A stretch of DNA of 64,000 nucleotides from Candidatus Latescibacterota bacterium (GCA_965215195.1 CBDCDC010000002.1:3936001-4000000); one strand, 5' to 3'. Shown: positions 37,715 to 48,417, counted from the first letter of the stretch. Numbers and translations are program-made. The notes: generated by a model not told the origin, from the sequence alone.

Positions 37715-39548
37715 TTCAGTGGGCTATACAATCGCCTCAGCGGGCCGCGCTTTCCCGAGGGGAGCGCGGCTTTTTCGCGCTGGTTGCTGCGGGGCCGTGC
37801 TCTGGGCCTGCGGCGCGGGCGAAGTGCCCGAAGAGCCGCTGCAGATCCCAGAGGTCGATGGAGAAGCATGGGACGCGCACATCGAGATGGGACGCCCCGG
37901 CCACCGCATCCAGCTACGCGCCGCTTATTTGCGCGAATTTTCCAAGTCCGAGCAAGTAGTAGCCACCGGCGGCGTAGAGGTCGCGTTCCGCTCCGATAAA
38001 GCCTCTTCGACGCTGCGGGCCGAGCGCTTGGTCCTAGAGCACAAGCGAGATCGCTTTGGCTTGGCCGGCGGCGTGGTTTTGTGCGCCGGGGACAGCCTAG
38101 AGGTGCAGGCCGACACCCTGTTGTGGGAAAACGCGCAAGAGCAGTTGCGCATTCCGGGCGCGTTGCGGGTGGAGGTCGGCGAGGGACGGGAGTGGGGCCG
38201 CAATCTCACGAGCAATTTCGCCGTGGATGCGTGGTCCTTGGAAGCCGTTGAGGGCCTCTGGCGCGGCCGGGACGGAGCAGTGGTGGAAGTGCGCGCCCAG
38301 CGCGAGGAAAGCCGCCGCGTTGAGGGCGCACAAGAGATCGCCTACGACAGCGTCGAGGTGCGCTACGACGGTGTGCGATTGACCGGGCCGCGCGCCACGT
38401 TCCTGCCGCAAGCGGGCCGCTTCGACATCAGCGGAGGGGTTGAAGGGGCCGACTCGCTGGCGCAGTTTGCGGCCGACGAGGTCGCAGTGGATGCGGAAAA
38501 GCAGCGGCTGGTAGCGCGGGGCGCGGTCCGCTACCGAGAAGAGGAGGCCGAGCTGCGGGCTGAAGAAGTAGAGGACGACCGCAACGCCGCGCTATTGCAG
38601 GCCCGAGGGGCGCCGGCGACCTTTGTGCAGGGCGAGCGGCAGATTGAGGCGCACCAGTTGGCGCATTCGCGCTCCGAGCGCACGCTGACGGCTCAGGGCG
38701 GGGTGGTCTTGCGCACCGGTAAGCGCGCGCTGACGGCCCAAACCCTCCGCTATAGGCGCGACGGCCAAGTCCATGCCGAGGGCGCGATTGCCCTACGGGC
38801 CCCCGAGTTGGATGGCTCGCTCGCTGGCGATTCGCTCTTTTTTGACTTGGAGCAGGAGACTGGATGGATGCGGGGTGCGCCCTCGCTGCGCCAGCACGAG
38901 CTCGTGCTCACCGCCCCGGTGCTGCGCTTCGATCTCGTGCGGGGCCGGTTGGCCGGAAGCGGCGGTTTTGCGCTGTACGCCGAAGAGCTGGAGGTCGCGG
39001 CCGCGCGCGGTGCATACGAAGCGGATTCAACGCGGGTGCTGGTGGCCGAGGGCGTGGTGCTAAAAGAGCAAGACAGCGAGCGCGACTACCGCAGCCAATT
39101 GATGGCCGATTCCATGGTCGTCGCACTGGCGGACAGCCAAGTTGAGTGGATCGCCATACCCGGCCACGTGAGCGGCCAAATTGAGGTAGGCGATCGCCAT
39201 AGCTGGATCGAGGGCCGGGGTGGGCAAGTCTTTATGGCCGCTGGGGACTTGGAGCGGGTCGAAGTGAGTGCCGCAGCCGACGTGACGCACCGCCGGGCTG
39301 GGAACGAAGAGATCAATCGCTTTCGCGGGCAGCAGATGACCCTGTACTTTGACGCGGCTGGATTGCGCCGGGCCTTGGTGAAAGGCGCAGCCGAGTTGGT
39401 CACGCGGCTCGAGGAGGGCGCAGAGGTCGCCGTCAACGAGGTCGGCGGCGAAGAGTTGGATATCCGCTTTGTCGAAGGGTCCCTGTCCGAGGTGCGGGTC
39501 GGGCCGGATATCAAAGGCCGGTACTATCCGCCCGCAGAAGAGCCGTAA
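37686..39548 (+). CDS. LptC/LptA(OstA)-like beta-jellyroll protein
   Basis: Repeated beta-rich A(D/E)xLxY...AxGxV segments; located between pyrG and lptB. Start is uncertain. Confidence 0.7.
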   Translation: MRRGRRRPPSSVGYTIASAGRAFPRGARLFRAGCCGAVLWACGAGEVPEEPLQIPEVDGEAWDAHIEMGRPGHRIQLRAAYLREFSKSEQVVATGGVEVAFRSDKASSTLRAERLVLEHKRDRFGLAGGVVLCAGDSLEVQADTLLWENAQEQLRIPGALRVEVGEGREWGRNLTSNFAVDAWSLEAVEGLWRGRDGAVVEVRAQREESRRVEGAQEIAYDSVEVRYDGVRLTGPRATFLPQAGRFDISGGVEGADSLAQFAADEVAVDAEKQRLVARGAVRYREEEAELRAEEVEDDRNAALLQARGAPATFVQGERQIEAHQLAHSRSERTLTAQGGVVLRTGKRALTAQTLRYRRDGQVHAEGAIALRAPELDGSLAGDSLFFDLEQETGWMRGAPSLRQHELVLTAPVLRFDLVRGRLAGSGGFALYAEELEVAAARGAYEADSTRVLVAEGVVLKEQDSERDYRSQLMADSMVVALADSQVEWIAIPGHVSGQIEVGDRHSWIEGRGGQVFMAAGDLERVEVSAAADVTHRRAGNEEINRFRGQQMTLYFDAAGLRRALVKGAAELVTRLEEGAEVAVNEVGGEELDIRFVEGSLSEVRVGPDIKGRYYPPAEEP

Positions 39549-39549
39549 G

Positions 39550-40281
39550 GTGGCATTGGAAACGCACACATTGAGCAAGCGCTACGGAGGCCGGGCGGTC
39601 GTCGACGAGGTCAGCATCCGCGTCGAGAAAGGGGAGGTCGTCGGTCTGTTGGGGCCCAATGGTGCCGGCAAGACCACGACCTTTCACAGCATCGTCGGCT
39701 TTGCCGCACCGGACGGGGGCTGCATCTTGCTCGACGGGGCAGACATCACCGGGCTGCCGATGTATCGCCGTGCGCAGATGGGCATTGGCTATCTGCCGCA
39801 GGAGACGTCCATTTTTCGCAAGCTGAGCGTGGCCGACAACATCCGCGCAGTATTGGAGGCGCGCGGGCTCGACAGCGCACGCATCGCCGCGCGCCAACGG
39901 CAGCTACTGAGCGAGCTGGACTTGCTAGCGCGCGCCGATCAGCGCGCCGACACGCTTTCGGGCGGTGAGACGCGCCGGGTCGAGATCGCGCGGGCCTTGG
40001 CCTGCGAGCCTCACTACATGCTCCTCGACGAGCCTTTTGCCGGCATTGATCCGCGCACAGTAGAAGACATCCAGAACATCATCGCCGAACTAAGAGGCCG
40101 GGGCTTGGGCGTGCTGATTACCGATCACAACGTGCGCGAGACCTTGGAGATTGCCGAGCGCGCCTATATCCTAGTGGATGGCAAAATTTTAACCGCGGGC
40201 CCGGCCGAGGAGCTAATTGCCAACGAGCAGGTGCGGCGGCTCTATCTCGGCGAGCGCTTTAGTTGGCGGGCCGATAGGTAG
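39550..40281 (+). CDS. lptB: LPS export ABC ATPase
   Basis: GPNGAGKTT, YLPQE, LSGGE, DEPFAGIDP, ITDHNVRETL. Confidence 0.95.
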   Translation: MALETHTLSKRYGGRAVVDEVSIRVEKGEVVGLLGPNGAGKTTTFHSIVGFAAPDGGCILLDGADITGLPMYRRAQMGIGYLPQETSIFRKLSVADNIRAVLEARGLDSARIAARQRQLLSELDLLARADQRADTLSGGETRRVEIARALACEPHYMLLDEPFAGIDPRTVEDIQNIIAELRGRGLGVLITDHNVRETLEIAERAYILVDGKILTAGPAEELIANEQVRRLYLGERFSWRADR

Positions 40282-40384
40282 GTGCGCTTGCATCTTGACT
40301 TTTCTCGTTGCACGGGCTTGTTTGTACAGCTACTATCAGGCGGGATAATTTTAGTTAACTAATTAACTTACAACGATTTACTCA

Positions 40385-41851
40385 ATGCTTGGTCCCGAGC
40401 AAAATACCAGCGTACGCCTCCAGCAAAAGATGGCACCCCAGCTCATCCAATCGCTGCGGCTGTTGCAGATGTCGGCCCCGGATTTGGCGCAGGAGGTCAA
40501 GCATCAACTCTCACTCAACCCCTTACTTGAAGAGGTCGTTGAGTTGAGCGAAGAAGGGGAAGAGGAGTTGCGCGAGCGGGAGGAGGGGATCAAGGAGGAG
40601 GAAGAACTGCCCGAGGACATGGAGGAGGTCGATTGGGACGCGCTGTTGGGCGACCAGTTTGACGCGGGTGCGTACAACAGCGAGCGCACGGAATACGACC
40701 CCAATTGGGAGACCGACCGCGAGCCCCAAGAAAATCGCATCACCGCCATGCCGCCCCTCTTGGAGCACCTGTACAATCAGCTAGGTGAGATTGGCGATTT
40801 GGGGCCGGAAGAGCGCACCATCGCCGAGTACATCATCGGCAATATCGACGAGCGCGGTTACGTCGGCTGTTCGCTCGCCGAGATCGCCGACGACCTAGCG
40901 GTCAAAGTCGCGGACGTGGAAAAGGCGTTGCGCGTCATTCAGGCTTTTGACCCACCCGGGGTGGGCGCACGCGACTTGCGCGAGTGTCTGATGATCCAGT
41001 TGAGCCAGCGCGACGACCCGCTCAGCAAGCTGGGCTTGCAGGTGGTGCGCGACCACCTAGAGGCCCTGACGCGGCGGCGTCTGCGGCACATCACCCGCGC
41101 CTTGGGCATTTCCAACAAGAAGCTCAAAGAGGTTTTGCGGGTGATTGAGCGCTTACAGCCGCATCCGGGCCTGTCGGCGAGCAGCTACAACAAGCTCTTG
41201 ACGCTGGATACCGAGGTCGCGTACATCACGCCGGACTTGGTCGTTGAGCAGATTGGCGAGGAGTGGGTCGCGGCGCTGGCCGACGGGTCCATGCCGTCCT
41301 TAAAGATCAATTCTGAGTATCAGCATCTGCTCAACAACTCCCGTGGCAACACCAAGGACTCGGTCGAGGACTACGTGTCCAAGAATCTCAACGACGCCCG
41401 CTGGCTCATCAACGCCATCCACCAGCGCCGCACGACCATGCTCAAGGTGGCCAATTACCTGTTGCGGGCGCAGTTGCCCTTTTTCGAGGAGGGACCGGCG
41501 CGGTTGCGGCCCATGGTCTTGCAGGACGTGGCCAACGCCGTGGGGATGCACGTATCGACGATTAGCCGCGTCAGCAACGGCAAGTACATACAGACGCCGC
41601 ACGGGGTCTTTGAGCTGAAGTACTTTTTTGACAACAAGCTCATCACGGACGAGGGCGCAGACGTGTCCGTGCGCTCGGTAAAGGAGAAAATTTCCCAGCT
41701 CGTCGCCGACGAGGACAAGGCCCAGCCGCTTTCGGACCAACAGATCGCCGAGGAGCTAAGCAAGGGCGGGCTGAAAATTGCGCGGCGGACGATAGCCAAA
41801 TACCGCGGTCAGCTAAAAATCCCTTCGCAGCGCTACCGCAGGGAGCTGTAG
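40385..41851 (+). CDS. rpoN: RNA polymerase sigma-54 factor
   Basis: PQLIQSLRLLQM, PPGVGARDLRECL, HVSTISR, RpoN box ARRTIAKYR. Confidence 0.97.
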   Translation: MLGPEQNTSVRLQQKMAPQLIQSLRLLQMSAPDLAQEVKHQLSLNPLLEEVVELSEEGEEELREREEGIKEEEELPEDMEEVDWDALLGDQFDAGAYNSERTEYDPNWETDREPQENRITAMPPLLEHLYNQLGEIGDLGPEERTIAEYIIGNIDERGYVGCSLAEIADDLAVKVADVEKALRVIQAFDPPGVGARDLRECLMIQLSQRDDPLSKLGLQVVRDHLEALTRRRLRHITRALGISNKKLKEVLRVIERLQPHPGLSASSYNKLLTLDTEVAYITPDLVVEQIGEEWVAALADGSMPSLKINSEYQHLLNNSRGNTKDSVEDYVSKNLNDARWLINAIHQRRTTMLKVANYLLRAQLPFFEEGPARLRPMVLQDVANAVGMHVSTISRVSNGKYIQTPHGVFELKYFFDNKLITDEGADVSVRSVKEKISQLVADEDKAQPLSDQQIAEELSKGGLKIARRTIAKYRGQLKIPSQRYRREL

Positions 41852-41867
41852 CGAGGCGAACGAGAGG

Positions 41868-42116
41868 CTGACAGATACTCAGGCTACGGCTTGGGGGTTC
41901 CGTCGGGGAGCTAGGGGTACCCACAGCAGTCGCACTATCATGCTCGAAGAGTTGTCTCTGCTGCTAGATGCAGTTCGAGGTAATGCTAGCCGTGCGGACT
42001 ACACGGCTGCCGTAATGGAAGAAAACTGTCTGGGCAAGCGAACAACGGCAAACCGCAAACAACATCTGATCGAGCTCTACGCCCTCAATCCCCGAGTGAT
42101 TCTGTTTCGGATACTG
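41868..42116 (+). pseudogene. Fragment of a BREX-associated BrxA-like gene
   Basis: Reads WGFRRGARGTHSSRTIMLEEL...EENCLGKRT...LIELYAL; no clear start, truncated. Confidence 0.6.
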
Positions 42117-42490
42117 AAAGACCGCTTGGCCGCAGCGCTGGAATTACAGAAACGACTCGACGCCATCCTCGCAGGCGAGCCACCCTTCGATCTTTTTATC
42201 CGCTGGAAGCCAATCGAGGAACAGCCCATCCGCTGGGAGCCGGACTCAACGACGGCGTGCGCCTCAATATCCGTCCCTTCATGGCCGAAGACCTCCCCCA
42301 AGGCAAGAAAGGTGCCGGCGTTCTCCGCTCCAAGCCGAGCATCCATTGGAAAAAGGACCCCGGCAAGGAACCAATGCGCGACAAGGAGCAGTTCCCTTGG
42401 TTTTGGAGCAACGGCAGCTCCACCGAAGAACGAGTCAACAACGTGCATTGGACCAAAGCAGAGAGACACGCAGCCCGGGACCGGGCGGAG
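42117..42490 (+). pseudogene. C-terminal fragment of a BREX PglX-like DNA methyltransferase, frameshifted
   Basis: LELQKRLDAILAGEPPFDLFIRWKP..EQPIRWEPD, then a frame change near 42247, then NDGVRLNIRPF...WKKDPGKEP. Confidence 0.65.
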
Positions 42491-42808
42491 GACGACTACG
42501 TGGCATTAGTTAAAATGTTGAGATCGGAAGGTGTCGCTGATCCGAACGAGTACAGCCACTTGGCGCAAGACCGGCAGCGACTCCAAAGTGAACTCGCGAA
42601 TCTAAACTCCATCCGGGAAGAGCAAAGCAGACTGATAGAGGAATCGCAGCAGTATCTCCGAAAAGTTCTCGAATGTCGGCGAGCCGTAAGCGAAAGGCGA
42701 GATGCCTTCTTGGCACAAGCGTTGTCTGGGAACCGCTTCGTGCGCATCCGCAATCGCAGGTATGGCGAAAACCCGAGAATCATCGAGTACTCCTTTCGCG
42801 AAGCACTA

Positions 42809-44026
42809 GTGTCTTTTGACAACTAAAGTTATGGATGCGATATTCATGTCGAATCTCCAGCGCGAACTGATACCTGAGGAGTCTAGATATGAAGAAATAT
42901 ATCGTGCGTCTCCCCGACGAAGCGCGTCAGCAGTTAGAAGCTCTGGTCAGCACAGGTCACGCCCCAGCCTACAAGATCAAACACGCGAATATACTTTTGA
43001 AAGCCGATGCAGCAGGGCCCTGCTGGACAGATAGGGCTATTGCGGAAGCATTCGCCTGCCATAGAGTCACCGTCGAAAACGTTCGGAAACGTTTTGTAGA
43101 GCACGGGATGCAGGCGGCCTTAGAACGTAAAAAGCGCGTACAGCCGCCCCGCGAGAAGATTCTGGATGGAGCCGGTGAAGCCCGTTTGATCGCGCTGGCT
43201 TGTAGCCATCCCCCCGAAGGACGCAACCGCTGGACATTGGAGTTACTGGCCGACACGTTGGTCGAACTCAACGTGGTGGACTCCATTTCGTATCGCACGG
43301 TGGGACGGACGCTAAAAAAAACGAATTGAAGCCGCATCTGCGTACCTGTTGGGTGATTCCACCTGAACAAAATGCAGCCTTTGTAGCCTGCATGGAAGAT
43401 GTTCTGGATCTGTATCATCGGCCCTACGATCCGAAAAGGCCTTGGGTGTGCATGGATGAGCAGCCCATCCAGTTGATTGGAGAAACCCGTATCCCGCTGC
43501 CCGCACGGCCTGGACACCCCCAACGGTATGATTACGAATACGCGCACAATGGCACAGCGGTCAATTTTCTGTTTACAGACCCCTTGGCCGGTTGGCGCAA
43601 GGTCAATGTGCGCTCACGCAAGACCGCTGTGGACTGGGCTTTTGAAATCAAAGAGCTATTGGAGGTGGATTATCCAGATGCTGAAGTGGTCTTGGTGGTG
43701 TGTGATAATCTCAACACGCACACGATTGCCGCTTTGTATGAAGCGTTTGAACCGGCCCAAGCGCGCCGGTTAGTTAGACGACTTGAGTTGCATTACACCC
43801 CCAAACATGGCAGTTGGCTCAATATCGCTGAAATTGAGTTGCGCATTTTGTCCCAGCAATGTCTAAATGCGCGCATACCCGATGAAGAGACCTTGAAGGC
43901 GGAAACCCACGCTTGGGAACAGGCACGCAACGAAAACCAGAAAGCCGTGGACTGGCGGTTTACCACCGATGATGCGCGCATTAAACTGAAACGGCTTTAC
44001 CCAAAATTTTAAGTGTCAATAGATAC
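42809..44026 (+). mobile_element. IS630-family insertion sequence
   Basis: Imperfect terminal inverted repeats (GTGTCTTTTGACAACTAAA versus the right-end reverse complement GTATCTATTGACACTTAAA); duplicated TA at 42807-42808 and 44027-44028. Confidence 0.92.
42889..44012 (+). CDS. IS630 transposase, two ORFs joined by a -1 frameshift
   Basis: HTH orfA 42889-43329, A8 run at 43314-43321, orfB with DDE residues (DEQP, DNLNTH, LNIAE). Confidence 0.9.
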
Positions 44027-44722
44027 TAGGTGATTTCGACCACTTTGAGCGAGATATCCTCAATATGGAGACCGGAAATCCTAAGGGTATCGTCGCTCGA
44101 CTGATCGAAAACTTGCCGGAGGATCCAACCAAGCGGTATCGGGAAATCGAGAACCGCATCGATCATCTGAAACAACGCCTCGCTGCCGCATGCGAGGGAA
44201 AGGGAGATTTCGGTGGACGATTGAATAACTATCTCCAGCGAAATTTCGAGCGAGCGCCGGAATTTCTCGACAAGTTGCTGACTTGGTTTCCCGATGACAG
44301 CCTGATCGTGGAGTACAGCCGTCGGGGCGACGGAGCCGACTTTCAGCCCATTGCTCAAGCCTCTGCCGGGCAACGATCCGCGGCGATGCTGGCTTTCCTG
44401 CTGGCCCACGGCGAGGAGCCGCTGGTACTCGATCAACCTGAAGACGATTTGGACAACTACCTAATCTACGACTTGGTTGTGCGCCAAATACGGGAGAACA
44501 AGCTTAGACGTCAGATCATCGTGGTAACGCACAATCCCAACATCGTCGTGAACGGAGATGCAGACATGCTCCACGCCTTGGATTTCAGAGCCGGACAATG
44601 CAGGGTTATCCAGTCGGGATCGTTGCAAGAAGAATCCATCCGAGAAGAAGTCTGCCGGATCATGGAAGGCGGCCGGGAGGCATTCGAGCGCCGTTACCGC
44701 AGACTGAGATCGGAGTCGAGGC

Positions 44723-45979
44723 ATGTTCGATAGCAAGAAGGAATTACTCGACAAGATTCGCCTTGGCGAAGACTCGTTCATCGAGTTCAAGGAGGTGCGC
44801 TTCGCCAGGCAAAGGCTTACCACACCGCACCGGAATTCGCTTGCGGACAAACTCGCTGCCTTCGCCAACAGTCGCGGCGGAGTTCTCGTCCTAGGCGTCC
44901 AAGATAAACCGCGCGAGATTTTGGGTATCGCTCTCGATGATCTCAGTAGAGCCGAGCTTGTCGTACGCGAGATTTGCCGCGATGCGATCGAGCCACCGCT
45001 GGCACCCGTAATAGAGCGACTCTGGCTGCCAACTACCGGCGAGGATGTAGCCGTCATCAAGATTGACGTGGCCCAAAGTTTGTTCGTCCATCAAAGTCCA
45101 GGAGGGTTTGTCCACCGAATCGGCAGCGAGAAACGTCGCATGTCGGTCGAATATATTGCCCGATTAATATCGCAGCGCTCGCAGACGCGAATGATTCGCT
45201 TCGACGAAGATGTCGTTGCCGGAAGTACGCTGAACGATTTGCAGCCCGATCTATTCGAGCGATTTCGCACAGCCCGATCGGCCAGCGACCTTCGGCACTT
45301 CTTGTCCAATTTGCACATGATGCGCTCGGACGAAAAAGGCGAACTCAGACCAACCGTAGCCGGCGTACTAATCGGCACGTCCGATGCACGATCTTGGTTG
45401 CCTAATGCATACATCCAAGCGGTTGCCTATCGGGGAACAAAAATTAGGGCGGGATCGGACGATCCTTACCAAATTGATGCGGAAGATCTGATCGGCCCCT
45501 TGGATCAGCAAATCGAAGATGCTTGCCGGTTCGTCGCAAAGAACATGAAGACGGCGGCTTTCAAGAACATGGGACGATCGGACCGGCCGCAATTTGATAT
45601 GTCGGCGGTCTTCGAAGCAGTCGTCAACGCGATAGCGCATCGTGATTACTCGATCTACGGCTCGAAAGTCCGGATGCGACTTTTCGAGGATCGCCTAGAA
45701 CTTTATTCTCCTGGTTCGATCCCGAATTCCATGTCCGTAGAAGCTCTAAGCGATATCCAAGCTACGAGAAACGAAGTGATCGCAAGTTTGCTGGCCAAAA
45801 TTCCGGTCTCAGATCGCCCTTGGCTGGTCACTGATCGTTCGACATTGATGGACCGGCGGGGCGAAGGTGTGAGCGTCATCTTGGACAACAGCGAGCGGCT
45901 CTCCGGGAAGACGCCGGAGTATCGAATGATCGGTGGCGAAGAACTCCTTCTGACGATTTGGGCCGCGGATATATCGTGA
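44723..45979 (+). CDS. AlbA_2 (Schlafen-like) domain plus HATPase_c_4/RecG-C-like domain protein
   Basis: GEDSFIEFKE, AAFANSRGGVLVLGVQD, EAVVNAIAHRDY, YSPG, RN, RRGEG. Confidence 0.85.
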   Translation: MFDSKKELLDKIRLGEDSFIEFKEVRFARQRLTTPHRNSLADKLAAFANSRGGVLVLGVQDKPREILGIALDDLSRAELVVREICRDAIEPPLAPVIERLWLPTTGEDVAVIKIDVAQSLFVHQSPGGFVHRIGSEKRRMSVEYIARLISQRSQTRMIRFDEDVVAGSTLNDLQPDLFERFRTARSASDLRHFLSNLHMMRSDEKGELRPTVAGVLIGTSDARSWLPNAYIQAVAYRGTKIRAGSDDPYQIDAEDLIGPLDQQIEDACRFVAKNMKTAAFKNMGRSDRPQFDMSAVFEAVVNAIAHRDYSIYGSKVRMRLFEDRLELYSPGSIPNSMSVEALSDIQATRNEVIASLLAKIPVSDRPWLVTDRSTLMDRRGEGVSVILDNSERLSGKTPEYRMIGGEELLLTIWAADIS

Positions 45980-46350
45980 ACACCATAGGCATTCAGGCCG
46001 ACCATTCGAGATTAACGGTAACTGAGGCATTGATTCGTTCTCTTGAGGATGCAGTCAGCTACAACCCAAATGACGCCGTGCGTCCGTGCGCTATCCTGTG
46101 GACGGATCAGGATGCTCAGTGGCAGCCTATTATTCCTCGACTCCGGCAACTGCTACCGAACCTCCTGACGCTCGGGGAATACCAGCCCGATCAGCGCATC
46201 GGCCCGGCGATCTGGCTGCGAAGTGCCGTGGACCGGGCGTTGCCGGACATTGAATGGCCCGAAGAAAAGCCTCCGATTCTATACCTTCCCCAAGTCAGCC
46301 GACAGGAACTCCGGGCGGTCCAGGAGTACCCAGACAACCTGAAGCCATCG
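45976..46350 (+). pseudogene. N-terminal fragment of BREX PglZ (type B-like)
   Basis: PCAILWTDQDAQW, LGEYQP...GPAIWLR, PILYLPQVSRQELRA; the frame then runs into unrelated-looking sequence. Confidence 0.7.
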
Positions 46351-46591
46351 GCCACGGCTAGGAGGTGCGCGGAAATATCGACGGAGGTGACGCGTCCGCC
46401 GAGGCAGCCAATGCAAAGGCGACCTCGTTGTCGCCGCTCCGCAACACGCAGACCTCGACCCCTCGTATATCTGCGACATAGCGCATTTCGGCCTCTCTTA
46501 GCACTAGACGCGGCTCTTGGTACGCCCGCATCCACAGGCCGCGCCGATCCTCAAACGCAGTACCGGCGGGGATTGTAGGGCTGGCCGCGGC

Positions 46592-47836
46592 TTAGCGCAA
46601 TCGCCCCGCGCTGTCAAATGCCATCTCGGCCAATGCGCCGGTTTGCTCTAAGTCGGGATGGTCGCCGAACTCTCGCAGCAGGCTTGCGGACAGTTGGATG
46701 TGGCCGATGTCGAGGGTGTTTTTGATGCGGACGACGCGCGCCTGTTCCGGGTGGGCGAGGTTTTGCACCGAGAGCGCGGCCTCAATGGCGGCGCGGTCGG
46801 TTTCCATGACGACTGGCACGTACGCGCGGTTGAGGAAGGTGGAGGTGAACACGTTGGCGTACGTGGCCTTGAAGTCGATGCGCTCGTACAGGCGGCGGGT
46901 GATGATGTCGGCGAGGCCAACGCCGTTGGCATTGCCGTGACTTTCGTCGGTCAGGTCGAGCACCACGATGCGGGCTGCACCCGGGGACTCCGGCTCCTTG
47001 ACGCCGGGCAGGAGCATGCGGCCGACGACGTTGGTGTCCATGCCGGTGCCCGAGATATTCTTGCCGATTTGCTCGATGATCAGCAGGTCAATGCCTTGGA
47101 CGAAGAGGCGGGGCATGGCGCGTCGCGCTTCCTCTAAAAGCTGAGGCTCGCGGCTTTGGAACTCCTTGGGTTGCAGGGCCTCAACGCGGAGGGTCTTTTC
47201 ATAGGCGTTTTCGACAATGGCCAATCCCATGAGGATCGGCGCTTGGTTGAGGATGCAGCGGCCCCAAGCCGGGATCAGGCGAGCGAGACTCTCGGCACCG
47301 CCGGCGTGGGCCATGGTCGCGCCGCGGTGGCTGCCCAAGCCAATGGTCATCATCTTCATCAGGCCGCTTTCAAACGGGCCGCGGAAGGAGGTGTGCGGCT
47401 TGACGCGGTTGACGAGCACCACGCCATCGGCTTGGATGGCGAGCCGGTTGAGCAGCACTGGGGTGCCGTCGCTGAGCCGGGCGACCTCGACGACATCCAT
47501 GGTGGCCTCGACCGGGCAGCCCATGCGCTCGGCGTCGAGACCATAGCTGGCCAGCACCTGCTTTTGGCCGGCGGCCGTGGCACCGCCGTGACTGCCCATA
47601 GCTGGCAGCAGGAAGGGTGCGCCGCCGGCCTCTTTGACGCAGTCGATGACAGTGCGGGTGATGAGCTGGATATTGGCGATGCCGCGGCTGCCGCCCGCAA
47701 CGGCAATCCGCGCGCCGGGGGCGATGGCATCGGCTAGACCAGCGCGCGCTAGCTGGCGGCGGACCTCGCCGGCCACGTCGGCGAGCGATTCGCTGGCAAA
47801 GTGCTGTTTGACCGGGGCCATTTGCGGTAGTTGCAC
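46592..47836 (-). CDS. Lactate racemase (LarA N-terminal/DUF2088)-like protein
   Basis: GSRGIANI, PAMGSHGGATAAGQ, NRVKPHT, ESGLMKM, GKNISGTGMD, GNANGVGLAD. Confidence 0.78.
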   Translation of the reverse strand: MQLPQMAPVKQHFASESLADVAGEVRRQLARAGLADAIAPGARIAVAGGSRGIANIQLITRTVIDCVKEAGGAPFLLPAMGSHGGATAAGQKQVLASYGLDAERMGCPVEATMDVVEVARLSDGTPVLLNRLAIQADGVVLVNRVKPHTSFRGPFESGLMKMMTIGLGSHRGATMAHAGGAESLARLIPAWGRCILNQAPILMGLAIVENAYEKTLRVEALQPKEFQSREPQLLEEARRAMPRLFVQGIDLLIIEQIGKNISGTGMDTNVVGRMLLPGVKEPESPGAARIVVLDLTDESHGNANGVGLADIITRRLYERIDFKATYANVFTSTFLNRAYVPVVMETDRAAIEAALSVQNLAHPEQARVVRIKNTLDIGHIQLSASLLREFGDHPDLEQTGALAEMAFDSAGRLR

Positions 47837-47847
47837 GACGGGTCCCT

Positions 47848-48417
47848 CTAGGCCTCGCCGACCAAGGCGGCGCGCAGGCGCTGGGCGCGCTCGCCGATCG
47901 GCAGGGCCGGTTTGGGCACCGGCTCGGTGGCCGGGGCGATTTTCCAGATAAAGACGACTGGGCCTTCTTCCGCAAAGTGCTGGTCGAGCTTGGCGTCGAA
48001 GTCGGAGTCGGTGTCGATGGTATAGACGCGCTGGAGGCCGGCCCCGCGGCAGATTTGCTCGTAGTCGATAAAGGCGGCCCCGGGCACGGGCTGACTGCCG
48101 GTTACTTCATAGGTGCCGTTTTCCGTGATGACGAGGGTTAGATTCGGGGCCGGGCGCTGGGCCAAGGTGACGAGTACACCCAGCGACATGAGGGTGCTGC
48201 CATCGCCGTTGAGGCACAAGACCCGGCGCTCGGGCCGGGCAATGGCCAAGCCCAGCGCAAAGTCGGCCGCGTGGCCCATGGCGCTTTCGACGTGGGCAAA
48301 GTCTAGCGGGCCGTCGGAGTGCACGGCCCAAGGCATGGCCACGCTCATGGTGGTGACCACGACTTCGTCCGTGCGCTTAGCGGCCAGTTTTTCGAGGCAG
48401 GTGTATTTGTCGAGCAT
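47848..48417 (-). CDS. ThDP-dependent decarboxylase beta subunit (ComE/phosphonopyruvate decarboxylase-like)
   Basis: SAMGH, GDGSTLM...ENGTY ThDP-binding motif, TGSQP. Confidence 0.82.
   Translation of the reverse strand: MLDKYTCLEKLAAKRTDEVVVTTMSVAMPWAVHSDGPLDFAHVESAMGHAADFALGLAIARPERRVLCLNGDGSTLMSLGVLVTLAQRPAPNLTLVITENGTYEVTGSQPVPGAAFIDYEQICRGAGLQRVYTIDTDSDFDAKLDQHFAEEGPVVFIWKIAPATEPVPKPALPIGERAQRLRAALVGEA

Larger units (their letters stand above)
42491..44733 (+). pseudogene. C-terminal half of a TrlF-like ABC/SMC-type ATPase, interrupted by IS630
   Basis: ASAGQR signature, LVLDQPEDDLDN Walker B/D-loop, VTHNPN, MEGG. Removing the IS restores SFREAL-GDFDHFERDILNMETG in frame. No Walker A or N-terminus. 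Confidence 0.75.

Noticed and set aside
43314-43329. IS630 transposase as a frameshifted pseudogene
   Set aside because: A split at an A-run is normal programmed frameshifting for this family.
46351-46578. C-terminal half of the 206-aa ORF as a real domain
   Set aside because: It is Arg/Pro-rich read-through after the PglZ-like similarity ends.
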